A DNA stretch of 64,000 nucleotides from Bacteroidota bacterium (lineage in GTDB: Bacteria; Bacteroidota; Bacteroidia; Chitinophagales; Chitinophagaceae). The stretch spans positions 10,831 through 74,830 of the forward strand of contig PSRI01000064.1 of assembly GCA_003175935.1 (NCBI GenBank). The letters run 5' to 3'. Within the stretch, counting starts at the first letter, position 1. Each line of letters starts with the position of its first letter. The notes under the pieces were generated by a model that saw only the letters and a program-made list of their open reading frames with translations, made no database searches and was not told the DNA's origin. Of the stretch, positions 39,548 to 48,941 are shown one piece after another. The translations under genes and the position numbers were made by a program.

Positions 39548-41932
39548 TTAAAATGTTTTGAAATAAGTTAATCGCCCAACTTTGCTATCCACCAATTGTC
39601 GGTTGTATCCGGGAAGAAAGCCTTTGTCCATCATAAACTGTATTTCACCCAGCTTCGGAAACCGAAAACTGAGATTGCCAGAATAACCCCACTGAATGTT
39701 GTGATAAAAACTATTGGTGATATGTTTGATGCCACCACCAATACTCAAAAACTTATTGATGGTGAACTGATCATTATTTTCGATGGTAACTATCCTGTAG
39801 TCTGCATTATCACTTACTGATCCATTTAGTGTGAAAGACATATTGCGGACAAAGGCGGTCTGACTTACCAAAAAATTCCTGGAGTTGAAATAGGCAAATC
39901 CTGAATCACTGGCCTGGTTATAAAACTGACTGTATACGAAATAAGTGGAGAACTGTATTTTAAATAGCTGGTAGTGATGCGATAGGTTTCCGATCAGAGT
40001 ATAATACCTGGTTTCGGAATAACTGTCAGCACCTACTTTGGTGAGCTGATAACTCGGATAATATCCCAGAGAAAGCGAAGGCCATTTTTTTAAACGCAGC
40101 ATTGCCTGTATACTCGCAAGAACAGAAGAGCTTTTATATGTTGCAGTTGCAAAAGGATTATCATAATCATTTTGCTGAACAGACGCAATGATGGTTAATT
40201 TTCTCTTAAAGAAAGGCTGCTCTACCCGTCCCATCCACTTCATTTGTGCTGCGCCGGTAGTAAATGTGCTGTAAGACTGAAAATTAGCACCCAGGTACCG
40301 GAAATTGCCATCGAAGCGCGTATGGGTTTTAGGCAAATAAGAAGTTAACCTGATGGAATAAGCTTCATTACTGTGGTCACCGAAACGAGCAAAAGATGAA
40401 AACCAGTTTTTGGTATGCAGACTGTCCAGGCTGTAATAGGGAATAGTGGATTTGGCAATTTCACCGGCAACAAAAGTATTTTTGGTGAGACGGTATTGTC
40501 CTTCAATAGCAATTCCCGCGATATGGTATTCTGGGATTTGCAGATTCGGTTGCACCGCTACGGCCGAATTATAAAATTGCCTCTTACCCGTATAATAGGA
40601 GAAATATAAATGGTTACCATTCTTCATGCCTTTCCCTACTCTGACTAATGCTACATATTGATGCGGGCTGGAATAACTCGGTGCTAAATAATCGCGGAAA
40701 CGATAATCTACTTTTCCTAATGCAACGGCATAATAAAACCCAGGATTATACTCAGCCTGCAATCCGGTAATGCTTACATTTTTCACGGACAGTTCAGAAT
40801 AGTTCGCGATGCTTCTACCTATACTGAATGACTGAATTGAATAGAGTGTCTTATATCCTTTTGGAAGTACACTGTCCGGAACATGCAATTCCTGCAAACG
40901 CTGACTGAGTGCCTTGGGATCTTTGACCTGGTCAAGATCCGATTTCCATGTATTTAATTTTCCATGTTCAAATGATTCAGCATTCTTCAATAATTTTTCA
41001 GCATGTTCCAATGATATGAGTAGACTGTCTATTTTTTTTTCAGTTGATTCCAGTGTATCTTTTGCCGAAGTGATTTTTCGAATGGGATTGTTCGCATTTT
41101 TCTTTAGACTATCTGGTTGTACAGCGTAATTCAAATCCTTTTTCAATTTGTTTTCTCCAACTGTCATCCAGTCGTTCTGCAATATGTCAGTATTCAAAAC
41201 CGTTGGCTGATTTTGCGGGCGCTGTGAAGAATAAAGTTTGCGTTCACGCTCCTCCACCTGTCTCTGAATTAAGCCAGGGCCTTCGGTAAATTGCTTAAGC
41301 GAAGCGATTGCGTTTTGATACTGCGCAATAAGTTGGCGGAGTGAATCCATTTCTCCCAATTGATTACGTAAGTAATGCTCTACGGCTTCGCTCACCCGCT
41401 TTTTAACGATACGGGCAAAATCAGACTGGATATATTGAAAATTGAGATCTGTATATTTTCTGAGCCATGGTGAATTACTAAAATGGGTGGTGAGAAATAA
41501 TCTAAATGGATATTTTTCTTTATAAAGAAAATTCAGACGTGTCTGTAGCGTATGCTGGTAAATATTATTTTCCGTAAATGGCGTGTCTACGCGAGATCGG
41601 TAGTTGACATCATACATTATATTTCCAGAAACCTGTAGTAGCCTGACATGATTTTCAGATGGTGTACCCGGAGAAAGTGGTTGCCGCTTCAAAGAAATAA
41701 TAGGTAACAGCAAAGGGTACACGAAACTATAACCTTTACAAATATTTCTAACAGAAAATGTTTTTGCACCGGAAAATTCTAAAGAGGTGTCCACCCAAAG
41801 CATCTGGAGTGAATCATTATTTCTGAGTGACCTGGAACTGTTGGAAGGTAATTCACCCTGAGAACGACCCTGACCATTCGTCTTATAGCCAATAACTGTA
41901 CAAAGACATAATATGGCTATTAGTTTAAGCAA
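39548..41932 (-). CDS. outer-membrane beta-barrel protein with central coiled-coil region (locus A)
   Basis: 794-aa ORF with an N-terminal signal. It has a charged heptad-like stretch (~residues 180-330) and alternating aromatic/polar beta-strand patterns. The C-terminus is ...GRLTYFKTF (terminal Phe, typical of OMP barrels). Confidence 0.7.
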   Translation of the reverse strand: MLKLIAILCLCTVIGYKTNGQGRSQGELPSNSSRSLRNNDSLQMLWVDTSLEFSGAKTFSVRNICKGYSFVYPLLLPIISLKRQPLSPGTPSENHVRLLQVSGNIMYDVNYRSRVDTPFTENNIYQHTLQTRLNFLYKEKYPFRLFLTTHFSNSPWLRKYTDLNFQYIQSDFARIVKKRVSEAVEHYLRNQLGEMDSLRQLIAQYQNAIASLKQFTEGPGLIQRQVEERERKLYSSQRPQNQPTVLNTDILQNDWMTVGENKLKKDLNYAVQPDSLKKNANNPIRKITSAKDTLESTEKKIDSLLISLEHAEKLLKNAESFEHGKLNTWKSDLDQVKDPKALSQRLQELHVPDSVLPKGYKTLYSIQSFSIGRSIANYSELSVKNVSITGLQAEYNPGFYYAVALGKVDYRFRDYLAPSYSSPHQYVALVRVGKGMKNGNHLYFSYYTGKRQFYNSAVAVQPNLQIPEYHIAGIAIEGQYRLTKNTFVAGEIAKSTIPYYSLDSLHTKNWFSSFARFGDHSNEAYSIRLTSYLPKTHTRFDGNFRYLGANFQSYSTFTTGAAQMKWMGRVEQPFFKRKLTIIASVQQNDYDNPFATATYKSSSVLASIQAMLRLKKWPSLSLGYYPSYQLTKVGADSYSETRYYTLIGNLSHHYQLFKIQFSTYFVYSQFYNQASDSGFAYFNSRNFLVSQTAFVRNMSFTLNGSVSDNADYRIVTIENNDQFTINKFLSIGGGIKHITNSFYHNIQWGYSGNLSFRFPKLGEIQFMMDKGFLPGYNRQLVDSKVGRLTYFKTF

Positions 41933-42220
41933 AATATTGTCTCGTTTAAGGTTGAAGAATTTTTATTTGGATAAGGGTAATATTGTAACCCTAAAGGATG
42001 GTAATAAGAGTGACCTCGTGTTGAATGCAGGCCGTTTTGCAAATAGCAGGAAAGCTTAGAACAGAGTTGACGGCATATGATCAGAAATCTGTATTGGGGA
42101 ATTAACAACAAGACTCGCCCAGGGGCGAAAGACAATCGTCTGCCCATAGCAATTTAGGTTTTGGTGTTTAGAGACCTGGTACTTAATAAATTTAGTGACT
42201 GAGCCATCAGAAGTACTTGT

Positions 42221-42258
42221 GGAAAACCGGAAATCTTGTTACGGTTTTCCGCATTTTT
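42221..42258 (+). terminator. terminator-like hairpin in the leader of the response-regulator gene
   Basis: Perfect 9-bp stem GGAAAACCG/CGGTTTTCC (42221-42229 and 42242-42250) followed by GCATTTTTC. No plus-strand gene lies upstream. Confidence 0.4.
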
Positions 42259-42319
42259 CAAACAAATACTTATATTGAGATAGAACTGACCGCCTAACCA
42301 AACTAAACGCCTGCCAACC

Positions 42320-42979
42320 TTGACGATTCATAACGTGCGAATTGCCCTCGCAGAGGATCATGTCCTTGTTAGAAAAGCATTAAAGCATTTCTTATCCCAA
42401 CATCCCAATTTCGAAGTGGTATTGGATGTGGAAGATGGCACAGCTGTATTAACCGAGATCGAAGAAAAAAAAATTAATGTGGATGTACTGCTCCTCGACC
42501 AGTTTACTCCGAGAACCATCACCAGAGATATCATCAAACAAATCAGGCTGCATTTTCCCTTGATAAAGATTCTCATTATATCCATGTATGTGGACTATGC
42601 CATTATTAGTGATTTATTAGAGCTTGGTATTCTGGGATTCGTATCTAAAGCGGCAGAGCCATCTGAATTATATGCCGCTATATTGTCTGCTGCAACCGGA
42701 CAATTATTTCGAAACAGGATTACCACTTCTGCGCTTTACTGGAAACAATCAGAAAATAATCAACCAGGCTCCATTCATTTCACAGAGATGCAAAGGAAAA
42801 TATTACAACTATTGTGGTTGGAAAAAAGCACCCAGGAAATTGCAGATGAAATTTGTTTAAGTGTTAGTGCCATCGAAAAAATTAAGCATCAGCTCAAAGA
42901 AAAAATTGGCGTACACTCAACTGTGGGTATGATCAGATTTGCGATTGAAAAAGGAATCATTGTTGTGGGTGCTTATTAA
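42320..42979 (+). CDS. NarL/FixJ (LuxR-type HTH) family response regulator
   Basis: REC features are present (ALAEDH acidic pair, VDVLLLDQ phospho-acceptor region, GFVSK). The C-terminal LuxR HTH reads STQEIADEICLSVSAIEKIKHQLKEKIGV. The true start may be the GTG at 42335 (VRIALAEDH). No cognate kinase is adjacent. Confidence 0.85.
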   Translation: MTIHNVRIALAEDHVLVRKALKHFLSQHPNFEVVLDVEDGTAVLTEIEEKKINVDVLLLDQFTPRTITRDIIKQIRLHFPLIKILIISMYVDYAIISDLLELGILGFVSKAAEPSELYAAILSAATGQLFRNRITTSALYWKQSENNQPGSIHFTEMQRKILQLLWLEKSTQEIADEICLSVSAIEKIKHQLKEKIGVHSTVGMIRFAIEKGIIVVGAY

Positions 42980-43072
42980 TTATTATTTGAAATAACAGAA
43001 TGGTTTGTCATAGCCGTTATTTTTTACAGTTAATAATGGCGGTAAGAAGATCGGTAAAATCAAATAAAAAAA

Positions 43073-43148
43073 CTACTTCCCAATACAAAAAGTAATATCT
43101 AATGAAGGTAAGCGTGTTATGATTTTGAGGTACAAATTAGGTACAATT
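43073..43148 (-). repeat. decayed copy 1 of the mnmE 3' end (att-like)
   Basis: The minus strand reads ...LYLKIITRLPSLDITFCIGK-TAG. Compare the MnmE C-terminus [27 protein letters not shown]. It shares a ~75-bp alignment with copy 2 (CCAATACAAAAAGTAATA...GGTACAAAT.AGGTACAATT). Confidence 0.6.
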
Positions 43149-43389
43149 ATTACCTATTTTATCTTTCAATCTTGTCTAGGCAAACATTTTTAAACTTATC
43201 AAGTATAAGCTTTTCTTTCGTTTCAGGTTCCACTATTGAAAAAAAAGATAATGGACAAAGTTTGCAATTCATTTATTGACAACAGGACCAGTTATTTTGT
43301 TTTCCCTTTGTTTGAAATTGAAATATCTTTTTTGGCCTTTGAGAGCTTCTTCAATGTTCTATTTGCAAAGAGGTTAAATTTTTTTACTG

Positions 43390-43737
43390 CTATTTTCTCT
43401 TATCCAGAACAAAATAGCTGAAATAATTAGCCTCCACATTGAGATCAACATCGTCCTTATATATTTCACAAAGACTATAATATATTCGATGTATATCTGA
43501 CAATTCGAATTCCCTCAATATCCGAAGTGTTTTCGCCAGTTGCATGAACTCAAGCAATTTTGCAACGAGCAATGGATTAACCGGGTATTTTTTATTTGCT
43601 TCCACTAAACTTTTAAAAGTATCCTCTTCAGACAATTCTCCATTTGCAAACTTTTCCATGTTATCCCTAATATTTGACAGGACAAATTTGAATTTCGAAA
43701 TTTGGTTCGCTACTAAATCAATTTTTTTTATGCTCAT
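43390..43737 (-). CDS. hypothetical protein, putative orphan immunity protein
   Basis: 115-aa ORF, AT-rich. Its ATG overlaps (TAATG) the stop of an upstream start-less 48-codon reading frame. Confidence 0.6.
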   Translation of the reverse strand: MSIKKIDLVANQISKFKFVLSNIRDNMEKFANGELSEEDTFKSLVEANKKYPVNPLLVAKLLEFMQLAKTLRILREFELSDIHRIYYSLCEIYKDDVDLNVEANYFSYFVLDKRK

Positions 43738-43883
43738 TACCTATCTTTTTGTTTTTGCTTCTCCAAAAGTCGCTTGGCATTCTGATAAATTTTCTTCATG
43801 GGTCCGGCTGCTTTTGCAACCTTGTCAGTACCTTTTGCAAGTTCTTCTATTTCGGCTGGAGTTTTATTTTCTAACCCGTCACC
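43737..43883 (-). pseudogene. possible remnant of a toxin C-terminal tail (start-less 48-codon frame)
   Basis: The minus-strand frame reads GDGLENKTPAEIEELAKGTDKVAKAAGPMKKIYQNAKRLLEKQKQKDR-stop and is bounded upstream by a TGA. Neighbouring frames look like frameshifted continuations. The TAATG coupling to the next ORF mimics toxin-immunity junctions. Confidence 0.3.
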
Positions 43884-44014
43884 TCAATTTTTTTGCTTCT
43901 TCAACACCAGGGATCTAAATCATCTAGCGTTTTTTTCGATTGCACAGCTACAGCTGCCGGAGCTGAAGCATTTGAATAAATGGTAGCAATTCAAATGTAT
44001 CTGCTGACATCACC

Positions 44015-44440
44015 CTATCTATTTAATTTGATTTTTTGCAGAATGTTTTCTTTACAACCAAAGTCAATCTTCTTAGTAAATGAATTCCCTCCTTTTCTTT
44101 TTACCATAATTTCAATTTGATTTTTGGGCTTATAAATGGCGTCGTCCACTATTATTGATAAATAGGAATTAGATGTGTCATTTACAAGATTTAAGGTTAT
44201 GAGTTTGGCCGAATCGATATTTTTAATTATAACTGTTGGATAAGAATGTTGCATTGAATCAAAATATTTCGCTATGACAACTCCGTTTAGCTCAAGTTTA
44301 CTGAATTCTAAGTATTCATTACATGCACCTTCTTCCATTGACGGCAGCGCCAGATATATGTATAGGAAAAACAGAGAAACTACAAGAATCCCTATTATAA
44401 ATTTCAATTTTCTATATGGAAGTTTGATCAAATAACTCAA
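44015..44440 (-). CDS. small membrane-anchored hypothetical protein (possible immunity protein)
   Basis: 141-aa ORF with an N-terminal TM helix (FIIGILVVSLFFLYIYLALP). Confidence 0.6.
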   Translation of the reverse strand: MSYLIKLPYRKLKFIIGILVVSLFFLYIYLALPSMEEGACNEYLEFSKLELNGVVIAKYFDSMQHSYPTVIIKNIDSAKLITLNLVNDTSNSYLSIIVDDAIYKPKNQIEIMVKRKGGNSFTKKIDFGCKENILQKIKLNR

Positions 44441-44462
44441 GACAACTCTAAAAATTCTAGTA

Positions 44463-44804
44463 CTAGTCCAAATCTATCCATTTACCCGCTAATACTACCC
44501 TCTCCAAATCACCAAGTGTTAAATCCTTTGTTTCTTTTTGGCCATTCTTAGTTCCTTTTAATCTTAACATTAGTTTACTTAACCCTAGGAAATCGAAGTA
44601 TTCAACTCCAAAATAATTACTTGGATCAAACGAAGAATAATCAATGTTGAACTCTTTAAAAAATGCTAACATGAATTCATCTGCCTCGTCGCCAGTAATT
44701 CCCAAATCTCTTTCTAAGGTTGTAGAACGAGAAAGCTTCTTTTTATATTTCCACCTTTGCTTTTCAACAAAATTTACGATTCGATCAAAAGGGTTATGGC
44801 CCAT
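44463..44804 (-). CDS. DUF1493-like small protein (common in polymorphic-toxin immunity loci)
   Basis: 113-aa ORF. The pattern LERDLGITGDEADEFMLAFFKEFNIDYSSFDPSNYF resembles the DUF1493 family as I recall it. Confidence 0.55.
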   Translation of the reverse strand: MGHNPFDRIVNFVEKQRWKYKKKLSRSTTLERDLGITGDEADEFMLAFFKEFNIDYSSFDPSNYFGVEYFDFLGLSKLMLRLKGTKNGQKETKDLTLGDLERVVLAGKWIDLD

Positions 44805-44813
44805 ATTTAATTT

Positions 44814-45287
44814 TTAGGAAAGTAGCTCTATTGTTTTTTCTATAAAATGAAGCTTGCTATTTTCGCCCGTTTCCAATTCGGTCTGCAAAGGCGCCTTACA
44901 TTTTTCCAAAAATTCCAATGCAGCAAGCTTAGTGCTTTCAGGAATTCTATTCGCATATTGTTGAACAATGCCATAAGCAATCAACCTTGACTCATACTCC
45001 TGTCTACAAATCATTTGGACAATTGAAAATATGTGATCTTTAACATCTAAGTTTTCTAGTGCATATACTAAGGACCCATTGTTTCCTAATAATTCTTTCT
45101 GATTAATTTTCTCTATAATATATGGAACAGCTTTTTGAAACTTTAAATCAGAAAAAATGAAAGCAATTTGGTTTATTAATAATGTGTTCATAGACAAATT
45201 AAAAAGCAGCAGAAGCTCTTCTTTATCTGAATCATCTAACTCTTCAATATTGATATTCTTCATTACTTGATACAATATGTTGCTCAT
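44814..45287 (-). CDS. putative immunity protein for the orphan Rhs tail (alpha-helical, HEAT-like)
   Basis: 157-aa ORF starting 35 nt after the stop of the orphan Rhs cassette, on the same strand. Confidence 0.6.
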   Translation of the reverse strand: MSNILYQVMKNINIEELDDSDKEELLLLFNLSMNTLLINQIAFIFSDLKFQKAVPYIIEKINQKELLGNNGSLVYALENLDVKDHIFSIVQMICRQEYESRLIAYGIVQQYANRIPESTKLAALEFLEKCKAPLQTELETGENSKLHFIEKTIELLS

Positions 45288-45321
45288 GACATAATTTTAT
45301 TTAAAGAGATTCAAAAGATTA

Positions 45322-45873
45322 TTATGGTGTTTCAACTGCCAGCACTAGAGACGCACCTCCAGTTTCCGGAGCTAACAAAACGGCTCCAGTCCACTTTATT
45401 CCTTCCCAAATTCCAATTAAAATGGCGGTTCCCGTAATACTATTTCTAACCTTTGGATAACCCAAGTCAATCCACTCCTGGTAAATTTCTTCTAACTCAG
45501 ATGGCGTTGCGTCTTGGCCTGGACGCACCTTAGGCTTATATTCACGATGATACCATCTTTGAAAATCTTGTGGATATTGCTTAATATCTTTATCTCTATC
45601 TTTTTGTTTTCCGCCTTTTAACTTATCGTCATCCGATTTTTTTGATTTATCTCCGCTTCCATCTCCTGGTCCGCCTATTGTTGTATTGTCTGATACGGCT
45701 TTTACTTTCCCATCGGATTCATCATCGCCCTTCTTTGACGATTCATCATCGTTTTTCTTTGACGATTCATCATTTTTTTCATTTTTTACATCATCTTTGA
45801 GCATGGTCGATCGCAGCTCTTTAAATATATTAACAGCATCGTCTCCAGTATATGTAATCCGATCTGCGCTTTC
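45322..45873 (-). other. orphan cassette toxin tail (~183 aa): charged low-complexity linker plus C-terminal hydrophobic Gly-rich segment
   Basis: This is the sequence after DADGMDVV. It contains [21 protein letters not shown], encoded by ~24-bp imperfect tandem repeats at 45715-45780. It ends in [38 protein letters not shown]. Confidence 0.55.
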
Positions 45874-47541
45874 TACAACATCCATTCCATCAGCATCAAT
45901 AAATCTGATCGGGTTATCAAATGCATAATTATACGGTGAGTGCCTTCTCATTTTCTCACTGAGTGGATCTATTACATTCCATCTTCCCAACTGTTGATCA
46001 TACATCCTGGCACCATAGTCATAAAGTTCCATTCCGGTTCCGTCACTAAATTCCTGGTTCTGCAGTTCCTTACCATTGTATTTAGTTTTATTATTGCCTC
46101 CAAACGAGAGTGCTTTGGAACTGATGGCAGAGATTGCAAGACCATAAGGATAGTAATGCGTTTCTTCCAGCATTCTTCCCCTTTTTTGGGATACCTGCAG
46201 GTTGTCAAAGAACACATCCATCGGGCTCTCGTTGGAGAGATATACATAAAGGTAACCATTGGTGCCGATGGTTTGGGTGTAGGTGCCGATCGTTGCAGCG
46301 GCTGCATCTGCGGTTACATTGATCTGTCGGGTACCACTGCCCGATGCTACCATTTGCATTTGTTCGTTAAACAATATCCAGTTGATATAGGCTTTCGGTT
46401 TACCCGAGTTGATATTCGGATCACTGCTTTTTAAATTATCAATGCCGGGATAAGCACCGGTTGTAAACGTACCCAGGTTTCTTTGACCGATCGTAAACTT
46501 ACCAGTCGGATCGAGCGCCGAAGAGTTACCACCGAACGCAGCAATGAGGGCCGTGATCATTTCAGAAGCCACACTGCTGTTGCTTGTATTCTGGCTGAGT
46601 GATTTGTAAAATCCTTTAGCTGTTATCACTACTGTATCGGTAGCCATTACTTTCAAGAGGATATCGCCACCCACTCTTCTGGCAGGATCAGAGTAATTTA
46701 ATTTCACCACCTTGTTATTGGTGCCATCTGTATCAAAGCCCGTAGGTTTAGCAGACTCAACGGTACTCAAAGGGTTGGGGCCGTAATAAAGTTGTTCATT
46801 CGTGCGATTGGCATCTTCCATCGTCAGCGCGGGATACTGATCCGTCTTCGCTTCTTCGGTTAACACCATTCTCACGTTACCTAAATGGTCTTTAATAAAA
46901 TAATCATATTCATAGTGGGCAGCAGTGGCTCCCTGCACATCAACGAACCGCACTCTTCCTTCCTCAGTTGCCATAAACTGCAATACATCGGTGTAATCCG
47001 GCCTGGTACTATCCGTTGGTGTCGTTATCCTGCTCTCATATACGGAAGGCCCGAGATAAGTTGTCGTCGTAGTGATCGTCTTACCCGATGTAATATTATC
47101 TGTCGTTGTTTTAGAAAGTTTTGCTCCGGTAGCATCATAGAGATAAGCGACACTGCCCTTAGCCGTTACCGTTACCTGTTGCACCAGGTTTAAATAATTA
47201 TAGGTAATTGCTGAGATCGCTTTATTATTATCGCTGTTACGAGGTACAAATGGGGTATAATTAACGACCGCATTTATTTCACTCTCGTTTCTATTGTTCT
47301 TTTTGTCTTCTTCATATATCCATTCATCATTTCTACCGGCTCGCCATGCTCTCCATCCATATTGTAAATTGAAAAGGTCGTTAATGCCCGGGTCAAGTTT
47401 AGTAATATCTTCTAAACACACAAACATTGAGTCGTCCAAATTTGGATCGACACTCGTGTGAAATTGCCAGTTTCCATCAATGTTATGATACGCGTGAAGT
47501 ATTGCGTCACCATTAAAAGTTTGTTTCGTAGTGAAAACCAC
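45322..47541 (-). pseudogene. orphan Rhs C-terminal cassette (5'-truncated rhs fragment with its own toxin tail) fused to an unrelated N-terminal segment
   Basis: Residues from [18 protein letters not shown] to the core end [31 protein letters not shown] align along their length with the last ~430 shell residues of Rhs-B. Shared strings include [39 protein letters not shown] and [16 protein letters not shown]. There is no signal peptide and no N-terminal Rhs part. The frame is open without an ATG up to 47751. Confidence 0.75.
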
Positions 47542-47878
47542 TAAGGTGCGATCTTCATAAAACTTAAAGTCAATATTCCTGGCAAGAAGCGGTTGTCTAA
47601 ATTTCCAATCCTGATTAAATTCAATCTCCCAAGGAAAATTATGTTGCTTGTCAGGCCAAACCAGCTGAATTAAAGGAAAGTCAAAAGTGCTGTAATACCA
47701 TCCGGTATACCCAACATAGTCCTTATAATGCTCATTCGCAAAGTAAGTATGTCAATTTTCGATTGACCCTTAAAAAATATAATCGAAAATTCTTTGCGTT
47801 GCAGATTTCTCGCCTAAAGGACTCGAAATGACAAAAAAGAATGAACCCTGAATTCTGAACTTTAAACTTTGAACTAAA

Positions 47879-47954
47879 TTATTTGCCAATACAAAAAGTA
47901 ATAACGAATGAGGATGAGAGAGATATAATATTAGGGTACAAATGAGGTACAATT
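47879..47954 (-). repeat. decayed copy 2 of the mnmE 3' end (att-like)
   Basis: TTATTTGCCAATACAAAA encodes FCIGK-TAA on the minus strand. It aligns over ~75 bp with copy 1. Confidence 0.55.
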
Positions 47955-48233
47955 AAGCAACGGATCAATTATGTTTGTTTTTATATGTGCCTCAAGTTTC
48001 AAAGCGGCGGCCGCACAAAAGAATTCATGAATAATGCACCCTTCGATGAGTAAAGTAACTTCGGACATATCATAAAATCACCTTTGTTGAATTAAACATA
48101 CGTCTAAACATGTTTAATCGCATAAAAAATATAGACCACTGAATTCTAAAATGAATATTTATTAAGAAAATCATTAGTACTAGTTGAGTATCTTAATAAA
48201 AGTAAAAAACATGCTAAATAAGACTTACATAAA

Positions 48234-48737
48234 TCAATTAAGGCGTTTCAATAGTAGTTCTGTTGACTGAAAAGGAGCATGCCCTACATATGAAGATTTT
48301 ATTTTTACTCCTTTTTCTAGAATCGGCTTATATTTTAGGCAAATCTTATTGTTAAAATTGAGTGTAAGAACCTGTTTTGAACGATTGAAGTTCCAAAGAA
48401 AATTTCCTTTTTTTCTGATTATTGACCATGATTCTACAATTACTGCACTTGGTTGAAACTCATTCGCATTATTGAAAAAAATAAACATGAAATCTTTGTT
48501 ACCATAAAAACCTGCTAAATCCATAGAATCACTGTTTGTTGGTGACACATCATTATCAAGTCTTAATAGTCGTACAGTATCGGACTTAAAAAATAAACTA
48601 TCATGGTTGACAGTTGCCCATCTTGTATATTCAAAATTCTGCTTTAAATATTTTATTTGAGATTGAGCAATTTGCCAATTGGAAAAGAGCAACACGACTA
48701 AAATATATATTCTGGTAGAAATTGAAAATTGAAGCAT
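48234..48737 (-). CDS. secreted hypothetical protein
   Basis: 167-aa ORF with a hydrophobic N-terminus (IYILVVLLFSNWQIAQSQ). It is AT-rich and lies between mnmE-end copies 2 and 3. Confidence 0.55.
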   Translation of the reverse strand: MLQFSISTRIYILVVLLFSNWQIAQSQIKYLKQNFEYTRWATVNHDSLFFKSDTVRLLRLDNDVSPTNSDSMDLAGFYGNKDFMFIFFNNANEFQPSAVIVESWSIIRKKGNFLWNFNRSKQVLTLNFNNKICLKYKPILEKGVKIKSSYVGHAPFQSTELLLKRLN

Positions 48738-48878
48738 TATTGTTTACTTTTTAAGTTTTAAGAAATCAGTATATGGCACACTTAAGATTACTCCCGCACC
48801 ATTGTAAAAATTAACTTGGGTTTTCCCGTAAGTATCTACTTGGACGGCGGTTTCTGAGGTAAGGTGAGATCAAGAGGG

Positions 48879-48921
48879 CTACTTCCCAATACAAAATCTT
48901 ACATGTTATGAAAATGAAGGA
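48879..48921 (-). repeat. decayed copy 3 of the mnmE 3' end (att-like)
   Basis: CTACTTCCCAATACAAAA is identical to copy 1 over 18 nt and encodes FCIGK-TAG on the minus strand. Confidence 0.55.
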
Positions 48922-48941
48922 GTACTTAAGACTGCTAATAG

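Noticed and set aside
41920-42147. 75-aa minus-strand ORF upstream of the locus A OMP gene
   Set aside because: It overlaps the OMP start region and the intergenic promoter region. Its composition is not protein-like.
45940-46434. 164-aa plus-strand ORF and other ORFs antisense to the Rhs genes (for example 22819-23277, 25981-26415, 28823-29149, 32733-33095 and 59771-60169)
   Set aside because: All are embedded antisense in multi-kb ORFs with clear YD/Rhs motifs. They are shadow ORFs.
48085-48125. 9-bp inverted repeat ATTAAACAT...ATGTTTAAT
   Set aside because: It is a short AT-only stem in an AT-rich spacer with no flanking feature to tie it to.
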